DNA from: Catenulisporales bacterium
GTDB lineage: Bacteria > Actinomycetota > Actinomycetes > Streptomycetales > Catenulisporaceae
Length of the DNA: 24,000 nt
Direction: 5' to 3'
Assembly (NCBI GenBank): GCA_019510485.1
Contig: JAEKKI010000142.1
Coordinates: 19,839 to 43,838, forward strand
Below, in pieces: positions 8,751 to 15,356 of this stretch. Every line of letters starts with the position of its first letter. The stretch's first letter is position 1. The translations under genes and the position numbers were made by a program. The notes beneath the pieces are model-generated. The model was not told the DNA's origin and made no database searches. It saw nothing but the letters and a program-made list of their open reading frames with translations.

Positions 8751-8769
8751 GGCGCCGCCACGCGGCGCC
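8751..8769 (-). terminator. GC hairpin downstream of the surface-protein gene (possible terminator)
   Basis: GGCGCCGC-CAC-GCGGCGCC is an 8-bp perfect stem with a 3-nt loop. On the - strand it is followed only by a weak CCAUUUG. It sits between the LPXTG gene stop and the DegV start. Confidence 0.3.
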
Positions 8770-8886
8770 GATGACGCAATCGCGACGCGGCGCGAGCTGC
8801 GGGAGCGCAGACCGGTCGGCGCGCTCAGCGGCACGGTCCCGGCGCCGACCGAAAGCCGATCGCGCCGGGTACTCCTGCCGCCGACG

Positions 8887-9729
8887 CTACCGCCGGGCGA
8901 CTCGGCGGACCAGGACCGCGCCGCCGGTGATCAGAGCGAGGGCAGCCGCTGCGACCATCGCGAGCACAGGCGCGGACATGCCGGTGAAGGGGAGTCCGCC
9001 GTGCTTGTGGACCGTGTCGGTCGAGGCCTGCGCTGGTTGGCCGCAGCCTGAGCCGCCGGGACAACCCCCGCCCTCCACCGGCACCGAAGGCCCGGCCGCC
9101 GAAGTCACCGGCGCGGCAGGCGGGCCCGCCTGACCCACCAGCGGCGCCGGCGCTGGAGCCGACGGCATCGGCTGTGCCCGGTGCGGACGCGCGGCGGCCG
9201 GCTCGGGGACCGACGTCTGCGCCGGACGCACGACCGCGGGCGCGGGCGCGGGCGGCGCGGGCGGTGCAGGCGGAGGCGGCGGAGGCGGCGGCAGGAAGCC
9301 CGTGTAGTGCAACACGACCGACCGCTCCAAACTCCCGCCACCCGGCACCCGCGAACTGGCCCGCGCGAGCAGCGTCCGATAACCGAACTCAGCAGACACC
9401 ACAGCGGTGCACTGCAACGACTGCTCAGGCTCCAGCGACAAATGCCCGTTCACCCCCGCCGGACACGTGACCGGCACCGGATGCGGGGCCAGGTCTTCCA
9501 GGTCGACAGTGATATCCCGCAGGTCCGCCTCACCGGGTGTGTCGCTGACCGTGATCGTCACCAGATGCTGAGTACCCACCAGCAGCCGCTGATCCTGGCC
9601 CTCCATCGTGGCGAACACCGTCATCCCGGCCCCGCCACCGGCGAAAGCCGGCATTGTGCCGCCCGCCACCGAACCCACGAACGGACTGAGGCCGAGCCCC
9701 AAAGCAGCAACCAATCGCAACGAACGCAT
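8887..9729 (-). CDS. LPXTG-anchored, proline-rich secreted surface protein
   Basis: - N-terminal signal peptide (MRSLRLVAALGLGLSPFVGSVAGG).
- A ~110-aa domain with a DUF11/TIGR01451-like pattern (LVTITVSD...DITVDL...C...LEPEQSLQCTAVV).
- A poly-Pro/Ala stalk.
- C-terminal sorting signal LPFTG (8980-8994) plus a hydrophobic helix and an RRVARR tail. Confidence 0.8.
   Translation of the reverse strand: MRSLRLVAALGLGLSPFVGSVAGGTMPAFAGGGAGMTVFATMEGQDQRLLVGTQHLVTITVSDTPGEADLRDITVDLEDLAPHPVPVTCPAGVNGHLSLEPEQSLQCTAVVSAEFGYRTLLARASSRVPGGGSLERSVVLHYTGFLPPPPPPPPAPPAPPAPAPAVVRPAQTSVPEPAAARPHRAQPMPSAPAPAPLVGQAGPPAAPVTSAAGPSVPVEGGGCPGGSGCGQPAQASTDTVHKHGGLPFTGMSAPVLAMVAAAALALITGGAVLVRRVARR
9235..9291 (-). 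repeat. GGC/GGA/GGT-type triplet low-complexity run encoding PPPPPPPPAPPAPPAPAPA
   Basis: The + strand reads gcgggcgcgggcggcgcgggcggtgcaggcggaggcggcggaggcggcggc. On the - strand this translates to the proline stalk of the LPXTG protein (aa 147-165). Confidence 0.7.
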
Positions 9730-9813
9730 GCTCCCTGATATCGGAGGACCAGCGTTCTGTTATGCGCGGCGCGCCGTCGTTTCCACCCGATGGCACATTA
9801 TGCGACCAAGGGT

Positions 9814-9832
9814 CCACTCATGTGATGAGTGG
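9814..9832. promoter_or_regulatory. palindrome CCACTCAT-GTG-ATGAGTGG between the kdpE stop and the LPXTG gene start
   Basis: It is an 8-bp perfect inverted repeat in a lower-GC intergenic stretch. It lies about 16 nt upstream (- strand) of a CATAAT -10-like hexamer and 85 nt upstream of the LPXTG gene ATG. It could be an operator or the kdpDE terminator stem. Confidence 0.3.
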
Positions 9833-9914
9833 AGCTCATTGGCTTGGCCTGGGGAGTTCCAGCAGGATGTGGCGTTCCTGAATAACTCAATACCAACAAC
9901 TTGAGAAAGGCATA

Positions 9915-10613
9915 TCAGGGCTGGAACCGATATCCCATGCCCGGCTCGGTCAACAGATGCTCCGGCCGCGAAGGCTCACGCTCCAACTTCCGCCGCAGCT
10001 TCGTGAAGTGGAACCGCAACAGCGGCGTGTCGTTCTCATACCCGTGCCCCCACACCTCGGCCAGCAACTGCTTCGCCGTGACCAGCCGCCCGGCGTTCTT
10101 CAGCAGCACCTCGACGATGCCCCACTCGGTCGGCGTCAGGTGCACACCAGCCGGCACGGCCAGCGGCGCCTCAGGAGAGCGCGTCACCGTGTGCGCCGCC
10201 ACGTCCACCTCGTAATCGCCGATCCGCTGCACCGCCGCCTTGGGCGCATTCCGGTCCGCATGCCGCCGCGCCACCCGCAGCCGCGCCAGCAACTCCTCCA
10301 TCGAGAACGGCTTCGTCAGGTAGTCGTCCGCCCCCGCGTCCAGCGCCTCGACCTTGTCCGAGGCGTCGGCGCGCCCGGACAGGACCACGATCGGAACCTC
10401 GCTCCAGCCCCGCAGCCCCTTGATCACCTCGGCACCGTCCAGATCCGGCAGCCCCAGATCCAGCACCACCAGGTCCGGCAACGTACGCGCGGCCAACGCC
10501 AGCGCCGAGGTCCCGTCCACGGCCGTGACCACCTCGTACTTGCGCGCCGTGAGGTTGATCCGCAGCGCCCGCAGCAGCTGCGGCTCGTCGTCTACCACCA
10601 GGACCTTGATCAC
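9915..10613 (-). CDS. kdpE: OmpR-family response regulator KdpE
   Basis: The receiver domain is (M)IKVLVVDDEPQ...DLVVLDLGLPDLDG...KPF, followed by a winged-helix output domain (LTPTEWGIVEVLLKNAGRLVT...YRF). The GTG start overlaps the kdpD stop (GTGA). Confidence 0.95.
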   Translation of the reverse strand: MIKVLVVDDEPQLLRALRINLTARKYEVVTAVDGTSALALAARTLPDLVVLDLGLPDLDGAEVIKGLRGWSEVPIVVLSGRADASDKVEALDAGADDYLTKPFSMEELLARLRVARRHADRNAPKAAVQRIGDYEVDVAAHTVTRSPEAPLAVPAGVHLTPTEWGIVEVLLKNAGRLVTAKQLLAEVWGHGYENDTPLLRFHFTKLRRKLEREPSRPEHLLTEPGMGYRFQP

Positions 10614-13216
10614 CGGACGGACTCCTCAGCGCCGGTGGACACGGCGACGTCAGCCCCCGCCACCGGCAGCGAAACCACCATCGTCATCCCCCCGCCCGGC
10701 GTCTCCTCCGGCGCCACCGTACCGCCCATAGCCTCCACCAGCCCCCGCGACAGCGCCAGCCCCAGCCCCACGCCGGTCGTGTTGTCCCGGTCCCCGAGAC
10801 GCTGGAACGGCGTGAATATCCGCTCCCAATCCTCCGGCCGGATCCCCGGACCCCGGTCGACGACCCGCAGCTCCACCCGCCCGGCCAGCTCCGAGGCGGT
10901 GATCAGCACCGGCGCGTCCGGCGAGCCGTGCTTGAGCGCGTTCGCGATCAGGTTCGCCACCGCCCGCTCCAGCAGCACCGGGTCGGCGGCCACCTCCGGC
11001 ACGCCGTCCAGGTCCCGGAACTCCACCCGCGACGGATCCGCGCCCAGGGAGTCCAGCGCCATCGCCGCGACGTCCTCGACCGCGACGTCCTCCATCCGCA
11101 GGTTCAACGCCCCGGCCTGCAACCGGCTCATGTCCAGCAGGTTGTCCACCAGCCGCGACAACCGGTCCAGCGACTCCTCGGCCCCGGCCAGCAGCTCGGC
11201 GCGGTCCTCGGCCGACCACTGCACGGAGGTGTCCCGCAGCGAGGCCACCGACAGCTTCGCCGCCGACAACGGCGTGCGCAGATCATGCGACACCGCCGCC
11301 AACAGCGCCGTGCGCATCTTGTCCGCCGCCGCCAGCGGCACCGCCTCGGCCGCCTGCCGCGCCAGCCGCGAGCGCTCCAGCGCCACCGCCGCCTGCGCCG
11401 CGAACGCCGTCAGCACATGCTGGTCCGACGCCGGCAGCACGCGCCCGGCCAGCACCAGCATCGCGTCCGGCCCCGCGGGCACCACCACGTCGCCCTCGCC
11501 CGGCGTCCGGCACGGCATCGCCCCGGATCCCGACGTCGCCGCCACGATCCGCCACGCCCGAAGGTCGTCGGCCTCGTCCGGCAGCACCGGCGTGTTCGGC
11601 TCCGTCCGCTCCAGCAGCGCCACCGACTCCATCCCGAACGTCTCCCGGAACCGCCCCAGCAACGCCCCGATCGCCTCATCCCCGCGCAGCACCGAGCGCG
11701 CCAGCTCCGAGAGCGTCTCAGCCTCCGCCGACGCCTTCGCCGCCCGCCGCTCCTGGCGCGCGGCGAAGTCCACGACCGAGGCCACGATCAGCGCCACCAC
11801 CACGAACACCACCAGCGCCACGATGTTCTGCGGATCGGCGATGGTCAGCCGGTAGAACGGCGAGATGAAGTAGTAGTTCAGCAGCAGCGAGGCCGTCAGC
11901 GAGGCGAAGAACGCCGACAGCAGACCGCCCAGCCGCGCCACCGCGACCACCCCGGCCAGGAAGATCAGCACCTGGTTCACCAGATGCAGCTGGGGACGGA
12001 AGTTCGCCAACACCAGCGTGAGCACGAGCGGCAGGACCAGCCCGGCCACCGGCCCCCACCAGCGCGGTCCCTTCTCCGGCTGCCGCAGCACCCGGCGCAG
12101 CCCGGTCCAGCGGCTCTGCTCGGCCGCCGAACGCTCATGGGTGACCATGTGCACGTCGATGTCGCCGGACAGCTGGACCACGGTCTCGCCGATGCCGTAG
12201 CCGCCGAGGAACCGCTCCAGCCGGCCCCGCCGCGACACGCCGACCACCAGCTGCGTGGCGCTCTCGGCGCGCGCGAACTGCATCAGCGCCTCGGGGATGT
12301 CGTCGCCGACCACCGAGTGGAAGCTGCCGCCCAGTGACTCCACCAGCTCGCGCTGCTCGGCCAGCCGGGCCGGCGAGGCCCCGGTCAGCCCGTCGGAGCG
12401 GGCCACGTGCACCGCCAGCAGGTCCGAGCCCTTGGCGCCGAGCCGCTGCGCGATGCGTGCCCCGCGCCGAATGAGCGTGGCGCCCTCCGGGCCTCCGGTC
12501 AGCGCCACCACCACGCGCTCGCGGGTCTCCCAGACCTTGTCGATGCCGTGCTGGCCGCGGTAGCGCTGCAGGGCCTCGTCGACCCGGCCGGCCACCCACA
12601 GCAGCGCCAGCTCGCGTAGCGCGCCGAGGTTGCCGGGGCGGAAGTAATTGGACAGCGCCGCGTCGATCTTCTCCGGCTTGTAGATGTTGCCGTGCGCCAT
12701 CCGGCGGCGCAGCGCCTCCGGCGCCATGTCGATCAGCTCGATCTGGTCGGCCGCCCGCACCACCTCATCGGGCACGGTCTCGCGCTGCGGCACACCGGTG
12801 ATCTTGTGGACGACGTCGTTGAGCGATTCCAGATGCTGCACGTTGACCGTGGTTATGACGTCGATCCCGGCATCGAGCAGGTCATCGACGTCCTGCCAGC
12901 GCTTGGCGTTGCGCGAACCGGGGACGTTGGTGTGCGCGAGCTCGTCGACCAGCGCCACGGCCGGACGCCGGTCCAGCACGGCGTCCAGGTCCATCTCCTC
13001 GAACTGCGCGCCCCGGTACTCCATCCTGCGGCGCGGCACGACCTCCAGGCCGTCGACCATCGCCTGGGTGTGCGGCCGGTCGTGGGCCTCGACGAAGCCG
13101 ACCACCACGTCCCCGCCCCGCTCGGCGCGGCGCTGGCCCTCGTCGAGCATGTGGTACGTCTTGCCGACGCCCGGGGCGGCGCCGAGGTAGACGCGCAGTC
13201 GGCCGCGCGCGCTCAT
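10610..13216 (-). CDS. kdpD: osmosensitive K+ channel sensor histidine kinase KdpD
   Basis: The product is 868 aa. The N-terminal KdpD domain has a Walker-like GAAPGVGKTY and is followed by a USP-like region and four TM helices. It also has the H-box AVSHDLRTPLSA and a HATPase_c domain (...DRGPGI...GLGLAL...). Confidence 0.97.
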   Translation of the reverse strand: MSARGRLRVYLGAAPGVGKTYHMLDEGQRRAERGGDVVVGFVEAHDRPHTQAMVDGLEVVPRRRMEYRGAQFEEMDLDAVLDRRPAVALVDELAHTNVPGSRNAKRWQDVDDLLDAGIDVITTVNVQHLESLNDVVHKITGVPQRETVPDEVVRAADQIELIDMAPEALRRRMAHGNIYKPEKIDAALSNYFRPGNLGALRELALLWVAGRVDEALQRYRGQHGIDKVWETRERVVVALTGGPEGATLIRRGARIAQRLGAKGSDLLAVHVARSDGLTGASPARLAEQRELVESLGGSFHSVVGDDIPEALMQFARAESATQLVVGVSRRGRLERFLGGYGIGETVVQLSGDIDVHMVTHERSAAEQSRWTGLRRVLRQPEKGPRWWGPVAGLVLPLVLTLVLANFRPQLHLVNQVLIFLAGVVAVARLGGLLSAFFASLTASLLLNYYFISPFYRLTIADPQNIVALVVFVVVALIVASVVDFAARQERRAAKASAEAETLSELARSVLRGDEAIGALLGRFRETFGMESVALLERTEPNTPVLPDEADDLRAWRIVAATSGSGAMPCRTPGEGDVVVPAGPDAMLVLAGRVLPASDQHVLTAFAAQAAVALERSRLARQAAEAVPLAAADKMRTALLAAVSHDLRTPLSAAKLSVASLRDTSVQWSAEDRAELLAGAEESLDRLSRLVDNLLDMSRLQAGALNLRMEDVAVEDVAAMALDSLGADPSRVEFRDLDGVPEVAADPVLLERAVANLIANALKHGSPDAPVLITASELAGRVELRVVDRGPGIRPEDWERIFTPFQRLGDRDNTTGVGLGLALSRGLVEAMGGTVAPEETPGGGMTMVVSLPVAGADVAVSTGAEESVR

Positions 13217-13285
13217 CGTCCGATCACTCCCACCGCCATCACGTGGTCGATCGTCGCACGCGCGGACGTTCGTCGAGGTCCGTCA

Positions 13286-13307
13286 GCGTTTGCATTGCGT
13301 TTGCGAT
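13286..13307 (+). promoter_or_regulatory. 11-bp-phased direct repeat GCGTTTGCATT|GCGTTTGCGAT upstream of kdpD (candidate KdpE box, copy 2)
   Basis: GCGTTTGC is repeated exactly 11 bp apart. The site is 17/22 identical to the motif at 15099-15120, and all differences are C/T transitions. It lies 70-91 nt upstream of the kdpD ATG. Confidence 0.4.
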
Positions 13308-13334
13308 GGTTCTGCGACGTATCCGCGAGGCGAA

Positions 13335-14975
13335 CTACAGCCGAGTGAACGGCCCGCTCTCGTAGACCACCCGGCCGCCGACCACGGTCAGCACCGACTC
13401 CAGCGCCGCGAGCTCGGTGTCGGGAACACTGAAGTAGTCCGCAGAGAGCACCGCGAAGTCCGCGAGCATCCCCGGCTCCAGCGATCCGCGCCGCCGCTGC
13501 TGCCCGGTGAACCACGCGCTGCCCTCGGTGAACAGCCGCAGAGCGAGCGTCCGGTCCAGCCGATGCTCCGGCCGCCACATCTCCAGTCCGCCGAGGGTCG
13601 TCCCGGTGGTGAACCAGCGCAGCGCCTCCCACGGGTTCGCCGCCGCCATCCACGTGCCGTCCGTACCGCCGCCGACCGGCACGCCGCGGGTCAGCATCTC
13701 CAGCACCGGCTGCACGCGCCGCGCAGCCTCGGGGCCGTACCGCTTCAGGAAGTGCTCGCCCCGGTAGGCCATCCGGTGCTGCGCCGTGATCCCGCCGCCG
13801 AGCGCCGCGACTCGGTCGATGGTCTCCGGCAGGATCGTCTCGGCGTGCTCCACGGCCCAGCGCAGGCCGTCGAACGGCACGTCCCGGTCCACCTTCTCCA
13901 GTACGGCCAGGAACCGTTGGATCGACTCGTCGTAGGTGGCGTGGAAGCTGAACGGCCACCGGCGCTCCACCAGTAGCCGCACCACCGGCTCCAGGTGCTG
14001 CCCCATCGCTTCCGACAACTCCGGACGCGGCTGGGTGAAGTTGGAGAAGTCCACGCCGTCCAGTGTCAGCGCCTCGCCGACGCCGTTGAACCACAGCAGG
14101 TCGTCGGTGCCCAGATCGAGTCGCTCGGTGAGGGTGTCCAGTTCCGTGCGTTCCTGGCCGGGGTGCGAGGCGAACACGTTCAGTGCCGCGCGCACGTTCA
14201 GCCGGTTCTGGACCCGCAGCGTCCGCAGTGCGCCGTAGCAGTCCGGGAAACCGGTGGCGCCGGCGTCGATCGCGCCGGTCACGCCGAGCCGGTTCAGGTC
14301 GCGCACGAAGCGGTGTGTGGAGTTGACGCGCTCATCCTCGTCCAGCTGCGGCGCGTGGGCCGCGGCGAGCGCCAGCACGGCCGGACTGGGCTTGGCGATC
14401 AGCATCCCGGTGGGATTCCCGGCGGCGTCGCGGTGGATCTCACCACCGGGCGGGTCCGGGGTGTCCTTTCCGTAGCCGAGAGCACGCACCGCGGCCCGGT
14501 TCAGGAAGGCGGCGGCGTCCAGGAACACCACCATGACCGGCACGTCGGCGGAGACCGAATCGATCTCGGCCCGCGTCGGCAGTCGGTGCTCGGCGAACTG
14601 GTTCTCCGACCACCCGCCGATCACCTGCACCCACTGGCCGGGCCCGGCCACCGCGGCGCGCTCGCGCAGCAGCCGCAGGCCGTCGGCCAGCGAGGGGACG
14701 CCGTCCCAGCGCACTTGCAGGTTCCAGCTGTTCCCGGCGTCGGCCAGGTGCAGGTGCGAGTCGTGCAGGCCGGGGACGACCGTGCGGCCGCCGAGGTCGA
14801 CCACCTCGGTCGACGGCCCCAGCAGCACCGCCGTCTCCCGGTCGTCGCCGACCGCGGCGATCTCGTCGCCGACCACGGCCAGCGACGACGCCACGGTCCC
14901 GGCGGCGTCCAGCGTGTGGATCCGCCCTGCTCGGACGATCAGGTCGGCCTGGCGGATCACCGGTAGGTCGCTCAT
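13335..14975 (-). CDS. Amidohydro_3 (YtcJ-like) metal-dependent amidohydrolase
   Basis: From ATG 14975 the product reads MSDLPVIRQADLIVRAGRIHTLD...VVGDEIAAVGDD...VVPGLHDSHLHL (HxH metal motif), then ...GGGTDG.... This architecture is typical of TIM-barrel amidohydrolase family 3. The tracked ORF start at 15161 adds 62 Arg/Cys-rich codons and is unlikely. Confidence 0.85.
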   Translation of the reverse strand: MSDLPVIRQADLIVRAGRIHTLDAAGTVASSLAVVGDEIAAVGDDRETAVLLGPSTEVVDLGGRTVVPGLHDSHLHLADAGNSWNLQVRWDGVPSLADGLRLLRERAAVAGPGQWVQVIGGWSENQFAEHRLPTRAEIDSVSADVPVMVVFLDAAAFLNRAAVRALGYGKDTPDPPGGEIHRDAAGNPTGMLIAKPSPAVLALAAAHAPQLDEDERVNSTHRFVRDLNRLGVTGAIDAGATGFPDCYGALRTLRVQNRLNVRAALNVFASHPGQERTELDTLTERLDLGTDDLLWFNGVGEALTLDGVDFSNFTQPRPELSEAMGQHLEPVVRLLVERRWPFSFHATYDESIQRFLAVLEKVDRDVPFDGLRWAVEHAETILPETIDRVAALGGGITAQHRMAYRGEHFLKRYGPEAARRVQPVLEMLTRGVPVGGGTDGTWMAAANPWEALRWFTTGTTLGGLEMWRPEHRLDRTLALRLFTEGSAWFTGQQRRRGSLEPGMLADFAVLSADYFSVPDTELAALESVLTVVGGRVVYESGPFTRL

Positions 14976-15098
14976 GGCGGACACCCGTGTGTTCTTTCCG
15001 AATGGTCGTACGCGGCCGACTTGGCCGCTTTCCCCACGGATCGTAGGCGGACCGCTCTCTACCCGCATGTTTGGGACGCATGCGCATCCGCGGCCCGC

Positions 15099-15120
15099 GC
15101 GCTTGCATCGTGCTTGCGAC
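15099..15120 (+). promoter_or_regulatory. 11-bp-phased direct repeat GCGCTTGCATC|GTGCTTGCGAC upstream of the kdp pump operon (candidate KdpE box, copy 1)
   Basis: Two CTTGC(A/G) units lie one helical turn apart, 68 nt upstream of the first ATG of the operon (15188). The site is near-identical to the 13286-13307 motif. Confidence 0.45.
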
Positions 15121-15187
15121 GGCGGTCGGCGCGATCCGCGCGGCTTGACTGATCCGCACATCCCATTCCCCGAGGCAAGGAGTACTG

Positions 15188-15277
15188 ATGGCCGACGTGG
15201 TTTTCGGCGGCGTCACGATCGCGTTCTTCGCGCTTCTCGCGCTGATCGTCAAGGGGGTCGAACGCCTTGAGCGCTGA
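15188..15277 (+). CDS. unannotated 29-aa hydrophobic micropeptide ORF preceding and overlapping kdpF
   Basis: AAGGAG (15177-15182) lies 5 nt before ATG 15188. The product is MADVVFGGVTIAFFALLALIVKGVERLER, one TM helix plus a charged tail. Third codon positions are mostly G/C. The stop lies 11 nt inside kdpF. Confidence 0.5.
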   Translation: MADVVFGGVTIAFFALLALIVKGVERLER

Positions 15278-15356
15278 GAATGTCGTCGGCCTCGTCGTGT
15301 CGGTCCTGCTGGTCGGATACCTGATAGCGGCCCTGATCCGTCCGGAGAGATTCTGA
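15267..15356 (+). CDS. kdpF: K+-transporting ATPase subunit F
   Basis: The TTG start gives (M)SAENVVGLVVSVLLVGYLIAALIRPERF (29 aa). This closely resembles the M. tuberculosis/E. coli KdpF pattern (..NIVGLV...L..YL..AL..PE(K/R)F). AAGGGGG lies 9 nt upstream. The TGA overlaps the kdpA ATG (TGATG). Confidence 0.8.
   Translation: MSAENVVGLVVSVLLVGYLIAALIRPERF

Noticed and set aside
9957-12337. Long + strand ORFs (9957-11855, 10928-12337) opposite kdpE/kdpD. Similar shadow ORFs lie opposite kdpA (15059-16396 -), kdpB (17041-18378 -, 16965-17972 -), the amidohydrolase (13995-14966 +) and hemY (21196-22935 +).
   Set aside because: They show the same low-complexity Arg/Pro/Gly/Ser composition and no domain signatures. 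Each is fully explained as the antisense or off-frame of a confidently identified gene.
15145-15150. TTGACT -35-like hexamer upstream of the kdp operon.
   Set aside because: There is no TANNNT/TATAAT-like -10 at 16-19 nt spacing. The downstream sequence is cccattccccga, so I do not call a promoter.
14976-15161. N-terminal extensions offered by the ORF track:
- amidohydrolase to 15161
- modA to 2377
- modB to 1569
- hemQ to 21371
- DUF3761 gene from 19822
   Set aside because: The extensions are Arg/Cys/Pro-rich. They overlap neighbouring genes or promoter regions and precede much better starts (signal peptides, SD motifs, family-typical N-termini).
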